Shown here: positions 9,366-18,979 of the stretch, piece after piece
How the letters are laid out: each line of letters opens with the position of its first letter
How positions within the stretch are numbered: position 1 is the first letter of the stretch
The notes under the pieces: generated by a model
The model's database searches: none
The model's input: the letters and a program-made list of their open reading frames with translations, nothing else
Told to the model about the DNA's origin: nothing
Translations under genes and position numbers: made by a program
From: a virus
Strand: one strand, 5' to 3'
Virus record (IMG/VR): IMGVR_UViG_3300022696_000117
Coordinates: 18,156 to 82,155 of that record
DNA length: 64,000 bases

Positions 9366-9581
9366 ATGAGCGAATGGATGTTCAAGATAGGCGAAACGGT
9401 AGCCATAAAGGCGAGTCGAGAATGGGGCGAGGTTATCGGCCGGGCCGAATACGCCCAGACCGAACCACACTACCTCATAAGATACAGGGCTGCTGACGGC
9501 CGAGCTGTCGAAGCGTGGTGGGGGGAGTCTTCTCTGGTGACGGAAGACTCGCTGGAAGCCAGTGCTCCGGGGGAGGCCTGA
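9366..9581 (+). CDS. Small phage protein (SH3-like pattern)
   Basis: AAGGAGG SD; FKIGETV...GEVIGRAEY...YLIRY...WWGES. Confidence 0.7.
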   Translation: MSEWMFKIGETVAIKASREWGEVIGRAEYAQTEPHYLIRYRAADGRAVEAWWGESSLVTEDSLEASAPGEA

Positions 9582-9805
9582 TGCGGGAACAAAAAGCAAA
9601 GAACCTGCGCCGCATGGTTTACGGCGATCTGGCCAGAAGAGGACACGGCTACGTTCGCAAAGACGGCGGCTATATGGCCACCGGGCGGAGACGGATCTAC
9701 CGGGCTGCAAAGAAGGCCATCAAAGAAAATCCTGAACTGTCGGCAGAAGCGGTGGTCGAGGCCCTGACCGTCGAGGCGGTCAAGCATAAAATGATCAGAA
9801 AATAA
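9581..9805 (+). CDS. Small basic hypothetical protein
   Basis: GGAGG SD; TGATG coupling. Confidence 0.55.
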   Translation: MREQKAKNLRRMVYGDLARRGHGYVRKDGGYMATGRRRIYRAAKKAIKENPELSAEAVVEALTVEAVKHKMIRK

Positions 9806-9815
9806 GGAGAAAAAA

Positions 9816-10223
9816 ATGTCGCAATTATCAGTAAGACCGGTAACCCTGGAGAATCTCGGCGGCGGAGTCCTGGCCGAGAAATTTGATGTTTCCTGGCAGC
9901 GGGTCATGGACAACCTCATGGACCCGAACACCAAGCAATCCGTGAATCGGGAAATCAACATCAAAATCAAGATCAAGCCGTCCGAGGAACGCGAGATTTG
10001 CAACCTCGAAATCGAATGCACCGAGAAACTGGCGCCGGATTACGGTTACGGCACCATGGTCTTCATCGACAAGGACATCAAGGGCAAGCACGAAGCCTTC
10101 GAAAACAATCCGCGGCAGCCGCAACTTCCGTTCAAGGAAAAGGAAGATGCCACCGAGCCCGCCGATGAAGAAACCGAATCCAAAAACAACGTCCGAGTGA
10201 TCGGGGGAGGGAAGAAAGAATGA
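9816..10223 (+). CDS. Conserved phage protein (family often labelled 'replication terminator protein')
   Basis: LGGGVLAEKFD...VMDNLMDPNT...REINIKIKIKP...KLAP pattern. Confidence 0.65.
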   Translation: MSQLSVRPVTLENLGGGVLAEKFDVSWQRVMDNLMDPNTKQSVNREINIKIKIKPSEEREICNLEIECTEKLAPDYGYGTMVFIDKDIKGKHEAFENNPRQPQLPFKEKEDATEPADEETESKNNVRVIGGGKKE

Positions 10224-10969
10224 TCGATTCAAGCTTTATAGACAAGATCGAATCCATGGCGCTGCCGGTCAAGGTGTCCAGTCTCAACGGTGAGCATATC
10301 CGCAGGGGCCAGTACAACTATGAGCTGGTCCGGCCCGAGCCCTTCCCGGCGGTATCCGTCCGGACCCTCACTGGTCTTCTGGATTACATCGGTGAAAAAA
10401 TCGACGGTGGCTGCGATGGTAATTTCATCCATGTCTCCAACCCGAGCCGGGTATCCCTTTGTGGTTTTTCAGACGAGGATAAGCATCGTGATGTCTATGC
10501 CGAGGCAGGCGCCATGCCCTGCGAGTTTCCATTCAACACTTACCATGCCCACGAAGAGTTCATCGTTCGTGCCATGGCGGCTTTTGTCCGAAACGACAAG
10601 CTGGTCGAGGTTCTTCAGGCCGTCTCCACCATGCGGCACGAGAAGATCCAGACCTCCAGGGACGACAACATGAGCCAGGAGATCAGCGTTCGTGAGGGGA
10701 TCTCACGATCCTTATCGGTCAAGATCGAAAACCCGGTCACCCTCCAGCCGTATTCCACATTCGCAGAGATAGACCAACCTGAGAGAGACTTCGTTCTCAG
10801 GTTTAGAGGGGGTGGTGACCGCGGAGACATCAGCCTTGCCCTTTTCGAGGTCGACGGCCGGTCTTGGGAGGGTGCGACCGTCCTCCAGATCAAGGCATAT
10901 CTGGTCCAGAGGATTCAGGAGCTGGTTGACGCAGGAGTAATCAGCAGAGCGATTCCGGTGATCGCCTAA
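10220..10969 (+). CDS. Conserved phage protein, usual partner of the upstream gene
   Basis: TLTGLLDYI, DDNMSQEISVREG, NPVTLQPYSTFAEIDQPE, ALFEVDG. Confidence 0.65.
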   Translation: MIDSSFIDKIESMALPVKVSSLNGEHIRRGQYNYELVRPEPFPAVSVRTLTGLLDYIGEKIDGGCDGNFIHVSNPSRVSLCGFSDEDKHRDVYAEAGAMPCEFPFNTYHAHEEFIVRAMAAFVRNDKLVEVLQAVSTMRHEKIQTSRDDNMSQEISVREGISRSLSVKIENPVTLQPYSTFAEIDQPERDFVLRFRGGGDRGDISLALFEVDGRSWEGATVLQIKAYLVQRIQELVDAGVISRAIPVIA

Positions 10970-10981
10970 AAAAACAAGGGG

Positions 10982-11287
10982 GTGTGGATGCGGTACAAGG
11001 ATTTAGTGGGAGAGGTTTGGGAAAAAAGCTCGGACCTCAGAAGCAGAAACGCAGCGCAGCGAACCGTAGACCTGGTGATCTCCGTCTTTAAGGAGGCCCT
11101 TCTCGCCGGAGACGACGTGAAGCTGCCCAAATTCGGCAGGCTTCAGCCGAGAACGGCCAAGAAGAGGACAGTGATGTCTCCACTCATTCCTGGAGGCGGA
11201 TCGGTAGAGGTCCCAGAGCGGAAACTGGTGAAATTCGACGCATACAAAGGCCTCAAAGAGGGGCTCAACAGCGGGGGTGGAGAATGA
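10982..11287 (+). CDS. HU/IHF-family DNA-binding protein
   Basis: EALLAGDDVKLPKFGRL...KRTVMSP...VEVPERKLVKF...LKEGLN. Confidence 0.88.
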   Translation: MWMRYKDLVGEVWEKSSDLRSRNAAQRTVDLVISVFKEALLAGDDVKLPKFGRLQPRTAKKRTVMSPLIPGGGSVEVPERKLVKFDAYKGLKEGLNSGGGE

Positions 11288-12540
11288 CTGAAATAAGGGA
11301 TCGGGCGCTGGCCGTAATCGACCAGGCGCCGGAAGAAGTTAAAGGGTATCTTCTTGCGCTGGAGAAGAAGGACGTGGTGGCCCTCGGGATAGATGAGGCG
11401 TTCGTTCTGAGGGATTCCGAGGGCCAGATCAAGGCGTTCAAGCAGACGGTGCATTTGTCGCTTCAGAATGGGGGCCTGATTCAACCTGTTTACAACGGCC
11501 CTTCCGTCGTGTCGGCCCAGGGCTACGAAATAATTAACGAGGCCACAGGGGCCAGCGTAATCTTCCCGAAGACTGTGCTGGTCGACGGAGAGGAGAAGCC
11601 CAATCCGTTTGTGGTCCGGGAAAAAGGCCACATCACGCAGATAATCTGTCGGGCGGTGGCCTTCAAATACAGCTCTAAGGGCATTCCCATGACCCGGGAC
11701 TGGACCACCGTTTACGACGTCAGGAAGTATCGAGCCGCAGACCTGTTCGCCAAAGCCAAGAAATTTCCGCAGGCGTTTATGGCCCTGCCGGCGGACATGA
11801 AACCATCGGACCTGGATCTCGACATCAAGGGGCCGCAGGCATGGGCCAAGACAGAGATCAACGATGAGGTAAATCTCTGGTACAACACCCGCCATCCTGA
11901 GTGTCTCGATTGGCTGAAACATATCATCAACCGGGAGAAAAAGGTGCTCGACTACGCACAGACCTTCGCGGCAAGAAACGCCGCAAAGCATCTTCACGGA
12001 ATCCAGAGGCCCCCGGGGCAGATCGGCCAGAATGGGAACACCGTCCCTGTTCCAGCGTGGACCTTCACGGTCCTCTGTTGGAGGCCGGTCGGGCAGAACA
12101 TTATCAAGTGGGATACGGCACAGTACGAAGCCCTCCAGGGCCGGGTTGATCGAATGCTGAAGGGTGAAAACGAGTTCAAGGGCCAACATCTGGACTACAA
12201 GGCCGGCTCAGAAGAGATCGACCAGGAAGCCTATGCCGATCCCACCGTGATGGAACCGGAAGACGGCCCGGCTCAGATCGAGGTCCAGGAATTCGAGGGC
12301 CCGGAAGGGGCTGATGAGCCCAACGAGGCCCCCGACGACTCAGAGTCGGTCTCCGGTCCGAAGTTGGATTACGTCACACAGGTTTCGTCCATTCGAGACG
12401 ATCCCGAGCTAAATCGATTCTTTCTTGAAGCCTGCGATGCGCTCAAGATCGATCCGAAGGCAGAACTGTCCCAAGAGCAGGCAGAGGCGTTGTTTCAGGG
12501 CATCTCCAACTCGATAGACCAGGCCGACAAGGAGGGATAG
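11284..12540 (+). CDS. Hypothetical protein, possible ssDNA-annealing/recombination protein
   Basis: 418 aa with an acidic disordered C-terminal third, in a recombination gene context; family not recognised. Confidence 0.5.
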   Translation: MTEIRDRALAVIDQAPEEVKGYLLALEKKDVVALGIDEAFVLRDSEGQIKAFKQTVHLSLQNGGLIQPVYNGPSVVSAQGYEIINEATGASVIFPKTVLVDGEEKPNPFVVREKGHITQIICRAVAFKYSSKGIPMTRDWTTVYDVRKYRAADLFAKAKKFPQAFMALPADMKPSDLDLDIKGPQAWAKTEINDEVNLWYNTRHPECLDWLKHIINREKKVLDYAQTFAARNAAKHLHGIQRPPGQIGQNGNTVPVPAWTFTVLCWRPVGQNIIKWDTAQYEALQGRVDRMLKGENEFKGQHLDYKAGSEEIDQEAYADPTVMEPEDGPAQIEVQEFEGPEGADEPNEAPDDSESVSGPKLDYVTQVSSIRDDPELNRFFLEACDALKIDPKAELSQEQAEALFQGISNSIDQADKEG

Positions 12541-12541
12541 C

Positions 12542-13609
12542 ATGATCACAAGGGTATGGGCGAGAAATTTCAAGGGAGCCTCATTCAAGCAGCCGCTATC
12601 CGAAAGAACGCTTTTCGTTGGTCCAAACGGCATCGGGAAAACGCTTCGAGCCCAGGCGCTGACCCTGGCGGTCAATGGATATATTCCCGGGACATCGAAG
12701 CTGAACCGGGATATCCACGCCGCCTACGCCACCGCCGCGAAGATGGCGGTCGGGTTCGAGCTCGGCGGGATCCAGTTCGAGAGGATTTTCCAGGCTGCCG
12801 GCGAGAAAGTGTCGTGCCTCTACAGGATCGATGGAGCAAAATATAGCGCCAAGGACTTCCAAGTGGAGATGGCCAAGGCAGGCGACCCGCAGATTTGCGA
12901 CCTCACGGCTTTCCTTGGCCTGTCGGACCCGAAAAAGATCGAGGAGATATTTAAGTCCTATCCGCCGTCAGGGAATCTTAAGGGTATTGAGTCGGAGGTT
13001 CACCGAGCTAAAGAAAAAATCAATATCTACAATAGAGAAATCCAATCCAACGAAAGAAGCATCGAGCGTCTGTCCAAATCCAGGGCCTCACTCGAACTTC
13101 CGGCCGGGACCCTCCCTGAGCTTCAGGCCCGGATTGGATCCCTCGAAAAGGATCTCGCTGAAGCGCAGGAAGAAGAACGCAGGCAAAGGGATGAGCTGCA
13201 GCGAGAAAGGGAGGCCGAGGAGCGCAGGGCCGTTGAAAAGAGGCAGGCTGAACTGAAAGCCAAACGCGATGCTGAAGAGGCTGAGGCCAGGCGGCGTGAG
13301 CAGGAGGATTTTGAGCGCAGAAAGGCGGCATGGGAGGCCAAACAGAAGCGCGAGGCCGAGGAGCTTGAGCGGAGAAAAGCCGAGGAGGCTTCCCGCAGAG
13401 AACAGATGAAGGAAGAGAGCCTTCATCCTCCTGGCTCGAAAGATCCTCCGGTCCCTGAGCCTCAACCTGCACCAGAACCGGTCCATATCGGTGCGATCGC
13501 GTCCATCAACCGGATTATTGCAAAAATGAACGAGGGGGGATGCCCGAATTGCTCCGCAAAGATGACTGCCATTATTGAGCGCAGGAAGCTTAAAGGAGGT
13601 GCTGCATGA
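12542..13609 (+). CDS. SbcC/Rad50-like ABC-ATPase, N-terminal half
   Basis: ITRVWARNFKG, Walker A GPNGIGKT, coiled coil, terminal CPNC. Confidence 0.8.
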   Translation: MITRVWARNFKGASFKQPLSERTLFVGPNGIGKTLRAQALTLAVNGYIPGTSKLNRDIHAAYATAAKMAVGFELGGIQFERIFQAAGEKVSCLYRIDGAKYSAKDFQVEMAKAGDPQICDLTAFLGLSDPKKIEEIFKSYPPSGNLKGIESEVHRAKEKINIYNREIQSNERSIERLSKSRASLELPAGTLPELQARIGSLEKDLAEAQEEERRQRDELQREREAEERRAVEKRQAELKAKRDAEEAEARRREQEDFERRKAAWEAKQKREAEELERRKAEEASRREQMKEESLHPPGSKDPPVPEPQPAPEPVHIGAIASINRIIAKMNEGGCPNCSAKMTAIIERRKLKGGAA

Positions 13610-14259
13610 CTGAACTTGACATGATGACCACGCAGGTAGGGGCCCTCAAACAGGCGATTCACGACGAGCGGGCCAAGCGGGATCTCTTCGTGAAGGCGTC
13701 CACCCTCGATGAGGAGATCCAGAAGATCTCATCCGACACCGAGGAGCTTCGTGAGCAGCTCAAGGACGCGAAAGCCAAACACGCCGACGCCATACGCCGA
13801 AGAGACGAAGCGGTCAGAACCTCCCTCGGGGCCATGGAGCGAAGAATCCAGAAGATGCTGCCTTTCGGTGAAGCGGCGCTCAATCTCACCGAAGATGGGC
13901 GGCTGGTAATCGGCTGGATCATCGGAGAAAAAAGCATCCCCTATTGGGCACTTTCCGGGGGGCAGAAGATGATTTTCGATCCGGCTCTCGCCTTCGCCAT
14001 GCTCGGGAAAGCGCAGTCCAAGATCGTGATCATGGAAGGCGCCGAGATGGACACCCGCCATCTCACGGAAACCATACAGCAGATCGCCGAAAGCCGGCCG
14101 GAGGCGCAAATCATCTGCGCCACCTGGCACGAACCTGACGGAGAGGTTGATGGATGGGAAACCGTGAAGCTGGAGGGGTCCGATGCCGAAAGCGGGGCAC
14201 AGGAGGAAGGCGAAGAAGAAGTGGATGACTCACAAGAAGGCGAAGACGAAGGCGCATAA
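13606..14259 (+). CDS. SbcC/Rad50-like ABC-ATPase, C-terminal half
   Basis: Coiled coil, then LSGGQ signature, Walker B/D-loop-like IVIMEGAEMD, H-loop QIICATWH. Confidence 0.8.
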   Translation: MTELDMMTTQVGALKQAIHDERAKRDLFVKASTLDEEIQKISSDTEELREQLKDAKAKHADAIRRRDEAVRTSLGAMERRIQKMLPFGEAALNLTEDGRLVIGWIIGEKSIPYWALSGGQKMIFDPALAFAMLGKAQSKIVIMEGAEMDTRHLTETIQQIAESRPEAQIICATWHEPDGEVDGWETVKLEGSDAESGAQEEGEEEVDDSQEGEDEGA

Positions 14260-14464
14260 GCTCTTCGACCAGTTGTGGCAGGGGGGAATGATGAGCCGGT
14301 CGGATGCTTATCGATGGTTGTCCGACCGGCTCAATATCCCGCTTCATCGGTGTCACTTTCGATATTTCGGCACAGGAATGTGTAAGCGGGTGATCAGGGT
14401 CATGAACCAGGTTAAACCAAGGGAAATCAAAAATGAATATCACAGACAAACCACAACTCAATGA
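14183..14464 (+). CDS. DUF3268-like small protein (C-terminal part)
   Basis: AHKLFDQLWQ...SRSDAYRWLSDRL.....CHF..F...C. Confidence 0.6.
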   Translation: MPKAGHRRKAKKKWMTHKKAKTKAHKLFDQLWQGGMMSRSDAYRWLSDRLNIPLHRCHFRYFGTGMCKRVIRVMNQVKPREIKNEYHRQTTTQ

Positions 14465-16208
14465 GCACCAGCAGGCTGCGGTTGAGGCATCGGAGCCCAG
14501 GGTCCTTGTCCGGGCCGGCGCAGGCTCCGGAAAGACTCGAGTTCTCACCGAGCGGATCGCATACCTGATCGAGGACCGTCAGGCAAGTCCGCACGAAATC
14601 ATGGCCTTCACCTTCACCCGGAAAGCCGCCCAGGAAATGAAAGAACGGCTCCTTGTGCGGGTCGGAAGCGCCGCCCACAAGATCGACATCGGTACATTCC
14701 ATGCCGTGGGCCTCGATTTCATCCAACGCCATGCCGAAATGATCGGATTCAGGCAGGCGGTGACCGTATACGGTGAATGGGAAACCAACCACCTGATCGA
14801 AAGGGCCGCTGAGGCCCTGGGGTATAGGACAGGGAAGAAATGGAAGACACCGAAGAAGCTCATCGTGGATACGTTCAAGAGTTGCGATGAACGAGGCGAG
14901 GAGCCGGAACGGCTTCATCCGCTTCGGCCGCTTTTCGATTCCTTCATGACGACATGCAGGTCGAACAACGCAATGCACTTCGGAGCCATTCTGGTGCATT
15001 TCAGGGACCTGATTCAGTGTATCAAGAATCTCTATCCCATCCAGTATGTGTTGACCGACGAGGCTCAGGACAATGATGAGTTACAGTGGGAGATTTTGGA
15101 GCTTCTCCAGGAGCAATTCGGGGCGGAATTGTTTTGCGTTGGTGATCCTGACCAGTCCATTTACGAATTCCGTGGCGCCGTTCCGCAATATCTGATCGAG
15201 CACCAGGACGATTTCGCCGTTTATGATCTTCCGGAGAACTATCGGTCTTTCAGGCCGATTGTGGAGGCGGCGAACAGCCTCATTGGGCACAATAGCGACC
15301 GTATCGGAAGCCCAATGTCCTGCGCCAGGGCCGGCGGTGATTCGAGCGCAAGCTTTGTGCTGGAGAATTTCGACAGCGCCGTTGTGGTGGAATATTTGAA
15401 GGCCCGGAAGCTGGAGCCATCCAGAACCGCAATCCTCGCCAGAAATCATTTTCTTCTGATGAAACTCGCCAATATCATGGACGAGCAGGGGATCCACTAC
15501 CATTATATCGGCAAAAAAAGCTCGATCACCAGGACCGAGGAGTTCCAACGATTTCACGCCTACATGAAGCTGTTGGTCAATCCGTATGACGACTTCTCAT
15601 TCATGCTGGCATCCGAAGCCCTTGGTGTTTCTGTCGAACAGCTGAGGGCCCTGCGGCTGGAATCTACCCAAACAGGCGATGGGGCGTTCAGCATCTGGAG
15701 CCGGCAGGAGTTCAGCAGCCCCCCGAAATGGGTGGAGTTCTTTAATACCGCCCACAAGGACAGCTGGAGCGTTTACCGAATTGCCGGCTTCATCCAGGAC
15801 AACGGCGGCTTTGAAGACGATAAAGTCTGGCGGTTCGTCATGGAATGGTTCGAGGCGAACCCGACCGAGAGCCTGGAGGAGTACCTTTATTGGGTTTCCA
15901 CCTACGACATCCATGACGAGCTTGCAGACGACAGCAGCCAGGATTGCTATCAGCTGGCCACCATCCACGGCGCCAAGGGCCTCGAATGGCCCAACGTGAT
16001 CATCGCCGGGGTGAACGAGGGCCTTTTGCCGTCGTCTCAGGCGATTCGGTGCGGCGATATCGAGGGTGAGCGGCGGCTGATGTATGTGGCCATGACCCGG
16101 GCCGAAGAAAAGTTGATCCTTACGATCCGTCCGGAGGAGACCGTGAACGCCCGCGGGCAGGTGAACGTGAATCCTGTGAGCCGGTTTGTGGAGGAGGCGG
16201 GGTTATGA
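14433..16208 (+). CDS. UvrD/PcrA-family SF1 helicase
   Basis: LNEHQ, AGAGSGKT, TFTRKAA, DEAQD, VGDPDQSIYEFRGA, NYRS, TIHGAKGLEW, ERRLMYVAMTRA. Confidence 0.95.
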   Translation: MNITDKPQLNEHQQAAVEASEPRVLVRAGAGSGKTRVLTERIAYLIEDRQASPHEIMAFTFTRKAAQEMKERLLVRVGSAAHKIDIGTFHAVGLDFIQRHAEMIGFRQAVTVYGEWETNHLIERAAEALGYRTGKKWKTPKKLIVDTFKSCDERGEEPERLHPLRPLFDSFMTTCRSNNAMHFGAILVHFRDLIQCIKNLYPIQYVLTDEAQDNDELQWEILELLQEQFGAELFCVGDPDQSIYEFRGAVPQYLIEHQDDFAVYDLPENYRSFRPIVEAANSLIGHNSDRIGSPMSCARAGGDSSASFVLENFDSAVVVEYLKARKLEPSRTAILARNHFLLMKLANIMDEQGIHYHYIGKKSSITRTEEFQRFHAYMKLLVNPYDDFSFMLASEALGVSVEQLRALRLESTQTGDGAFSIWSRQEFSSPPKWVEFFNTAHKDSWSVYRIAGFIQDNGGFEDDKVWRFVMEWFEANPTESLEEYLYWVSTYDIHDELADDSSQDCYQLATIHGAKGLEWPNVIIAGVNEGLLPSSQAIRCGDIEGERRLMYVAMTRAEEKLILTIRPEETVNARGQVNVNPVSRFVEEAGL

Positions 16209-16480
16209 AGCAAGTATACAAATACATTCTTCGCCTTGATAGGCCTATCTGTGAAATACCAAAAGGCGGCACAATCCGCCATGTGGATGAGCAGCTCGGA
16301 AATATTTGCGTTTGGGTTGAAGTTGACCCTGATCAGCCAAAAGAGAAACGGCGCTTCGAGATTTACGGGACAGGCCATACGATTAGAGAAGATATGGGCG
16401 TAACCCGTGTGTACCTTGGTTCCGTGAAGCTTGAAGGTGGTGCGCTCATTTTTCATATTTATGAGCACACCGGTATATAA
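16205..16480 (+). CDS. Hypothetical phage protein
   Basis: VYKY...ICVWVEVDP...FEIYGTGH...YLGSV...HIYE; lower GC than neighbours. Confidence 0.7.
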   Translation: MKQVYKYILRLDRPICEIPKGGTIRHVDEQLGNICVWVEVDPDQPKEKRRFEIYGTGHTIREDMGVTRVYLGSVKLEGGALIFHIYEHTGI

Positions 16481-16503
16481 TCCAGGACACTCGAGCGTAC
16501 AGA

Positions 16504-17901
16504 ATGAAACTCACCATCTCCAACTACCTCCAGCTCTACGGCCACCCGATGGAGTTGGAGAAGCACCTCACCAGGCTCCTCACCATCCAGAACCCGAGGT
16601 GGCTTGACAACGAGAAGATGAACCGGTGGCAGGGCAATACCGCTCGATTCCTGACCTATTTCCACACCGACGGCCTCGGGACGATGTCCGTACCCCGGGG
16701 CCTGGCCGTGCATGTCTGGAGGTGGTGCAAGGATCATGGGGCAGAGGTTGAGGTTGAGGATAAACGGGCGTCTTTTCCTGGTCTCAACATCAACTTCATG
16801 GGCCGCGGCCTTCGGCAATATCAGGTAGAAGCCGCGGAGGCCGTCCTGAAAAGAGACGCGGGGGTCCTCTGCGCTCCGACCGGGTCCGGAAAGACCGTCA
16901 TGGCGCTTTATCTGATTGCAAAAAGGGACCAACCGACGGTCATAGTGGTCCACACGAAGGACCTGGCCAACCAATGGATAGACCGCATAGGCCAGTTCCT
17001 CGGAATAGACGCCGGAGATATCGGACTGATCGGGGCTGGCAAGAAGACCGTCAATCCGAATGGCCTAAATGTGGCCCTGGTTCAAACCCTGTACGGCTGC
17101 GCCGATGAAATCGCATCCCATATCGGCCATCTCGTGGTTGACGAATGCCACCGGGCCCCGAGCCGGACTTTCAACGAGGCCGTAACCGCGTTCTCATCCA
17201 AGTACATTCTCGGCCTCACAGCCACCCCGTTCCGCCGGGACAAAATGACCAACCTGATTTATTGGTTTCTCGGTGATCAGGTCCATAAAATAGAGCCGGA
17301 CGGCCTTCGAGAAGACGGGCACATTCTCACCGCGGATGTGGTGGTCCGCAAAACCGACTTCAAGGCGTATTCCGACCCTAAGAACGAATACGCCAAGATG
17401 CTCTCGGAGCTGTCTTCTGATCTCCACAGGAACCGCATGATCGTTCAAGACGTGGCCGACATCGTAAACTCCGAAGAAGAGGGCGTGTGCCTGGTCCTGT
17501 CAGACAGGAAAGAGCACTGCGAGATCCTGAAGTCGGCGATTACCACCGAAAAGAAGATCCCGGCGGTCGTTCTTACCGGAGACACGCCGAATAAGCAGCG
17601 AGAAATGATCATCGACATGGTCAACCGCGGGGCGGTGCCGGTTGTGGTGGCCACCGGGCAGCTCATCGGCGAAGGGTTCGACTGCAAGAACCTGACGAAC
17701 CTTTTTTTGGCCATGCCGATCAAGTTCTCAGGGCGCCTGATCCAGTATCTCGGCCGGGTGCTTCGGCCTGCGCCGGGCAAGGAGCGGGCGCTTATCTATG
17801 ACTACGAGGATGCCAAGGTGGGTGTTCTCCGCAATTCCGCCTCCGGGCGGAGGAGGGTGTATAGGCAAAATGGATTTTCGATCACAAGAGAGGGAGCTTG
17901 A
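16504..17901 (+). CDS. SF2 DEAD/DEAH-box helicase
   Basis: LRQYQ, APTGSGKT, VVDECH, GLTATP, EGFD, QYLGRVLR. Confidence 0.95.
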   Translation: MKLTISNYLQLYGHPMELEKHLTRLLTIQNPRWLDNEKMNRWQGNTARFLTYFHTDGLGTMSVPRGLAVHVWRWCKDHGAEVEVEDKRASFPGLNINFMGRGLRQYQVEAAEAVLKRDAGVLCAPTGSGKTVMALYLIAKRDQPTVIVVHTKDLANQWIDRIGQFLGIDAGDIGLIGAGKKTVNPNGLNVALVQTLYGCADEIASHIGHLVVDECHRAPSRTFNEAVTAFSSKYILGLTATPFRRDKMTNLIYWFLGDQVHKIEPDGLREDGHILTADVVVRKTDFKAYSDPKNEYAKMLSELSSDLHRNRMIVQDVADIVNSEEEGVCLVLSDRKEHCEILKSAITTEKKIPAVVLTGDTPNKQREMIIDMVNRGAVPVVVATGQLIGEGFDCKNLTNLFLAMPIKFSGRLIQYLGRVLRPAPGKERALIYDYEDAKVGVLRNSASGRRRVYRQNGFSITREGA

Positions 17902-18277
17902 ACTGTTTGCGCCTCCGGATTACTGGACGATGCCGGTGGAGGCGCTGAAGGAAATAGCCGGTGGGTGCGGCGCAGGCAGGGGGCTTGGCGATACGCTGGT
18001 TCCGGATACCGCCTGGGGGTTATCGATCAAGCCGGCCTGCAAAATCCACGATTTCATGTACCATTTCGGCGAATGCCTGGAAGACAAAAAGGCTGCGGAC
18101 AGGGTGTTTTTGAACAATATGATCAGGATTATCGAGGCAAGAACGAGGTTCTCCTTTTTGGCACGGCTCCGCCTTCAGCGGTGCAGAACCTATTTCTTCT
18201 TCGTCAAATATTTAGGTGGGCCGGCATTCTGGAAACGCAAAAATCCCGACGCAACAATCGGAAAGGTAGCCGCATAA
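17870..18277 (+). CDS. DUF1353/phospholipase-A2-like HD protein
   Basis: GCG...ACKIHDFMY...KKAADRVFLNNM; start codon uncertain. Confidence 0.6.
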   Translation: MDFRSQERELELFAPPDYWTMPVEALKEIAGGCGAGRGLGDTLVPDTAWGLSIKPACKIHDFMYHFGECLEDKKAADRVFLNNMIRIIEARTRFSFLARLRLQRCRTYFFFVKYLGGPAFWKRKNPDATIGKVAA

Positions 18278-18531
18278 TGGAGTTGAGTCTGCACGAAATG
18301 GACACACTGGTCGACATGATCGCCGAGAGGGTCGCCCAAAAGCTGGAAGCCAGGCTTTCACCCGGGAAGTGGCTGACGTTCGAGGAAGCCATGCGGATGA
18401 TGAAGATCAAGTCAAAAGACACCCTCCGGAAGCGATTGATCGATGGTGACGTATACGGGATCAAGGACGGGGGGAAGTGGAAGGTTGATCGGGAATCTAT
18501 CGAGGATTATTTGAATCAGGAGAGGGTATGA
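18277..18531 (+). CDS. Excisionase-like winged-HTH protein
   Basis: WLTFEEAMRMMKIKSKDTLRKRLIDG...KDGGKWKVDRESIEDYL; upstream of the integrase. Confidence 0.8.
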   Translation: MELSLHEMDTLVDMIAERVAQKLEARLSPGKWLTFEEAMRMMKIKSKDTLRKRLIDGDVYGIKDGGKWKVDRESIEDYLNQERV

Positions 18532-18589
18532 CGTGCCGGGGGGGGTGTTCTCGGCTAATATCAGGGAAGTTTTACCTGTTAATCAATGG

Positions 18590-18979
18590 TTATACTTTTA
18601 TACAAGAAAGGGATTAATTATGTACAATATTGAACAGATGGGCATGATAACGGAAAGAGAATGCGAACCTGATTATAAAAAGGTCGCTGAAGTCAAGGAA
18701 AAAGAGCTTGATTTGATTTCGGATTTGATTTCTAACCTTTGTTTATTTGCCGATATGGTCGGCACACATGGGTTCAGAGATGCACACGGCAGAAATATGT
18801 TTCATGAGTTTTTGGGCACTCTGTCCCTTGACAAAAGGAATCGTGAGAAACAGTTGGAAGAGTTGAATAGTCGTATAGAAAAAAAAGTATAACCCAGCGA
18901 TGAACACGGACAAGCAGGGCATCGCTTTTGTAGCAGATTCATAATCACCGGTTGCCCTGCTTGCCGGTTATCTATTACG
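18590..18979 (+). mobile_element. Integron gene cassette (single ORF + attC)
   Basis: Starts after G in GTTATAC (18589-18595), the exact reverse complement of the attC R'' box GTATAAC (18887-18893); ends at G|TTAAAA (18979); AT-rich. Confidence 0.82.
18620..18892 (+). CDS. Cassette-borne hypothetical helical protein (90 aa)
   Basis: ATG at 18620 about 30 nt after the core site; TAA stop lies inside the R'' TAAC. Confidence 0.75.
   Translation: MYNIEQMGMITERECEPDYKKVAEVKEKELDLISDLISNLCLFADMVGTHGFRDAHGRNMFHEFLGTLSLDKRNREKQLEELNSRIEKKV

Noticed and set aside
12542-16208. Gabija-like defence system (ATPase + UvrD)
   Set aside because: No Toprim/OLD nuclease domain, and the genes are embedded in the phage early operon.
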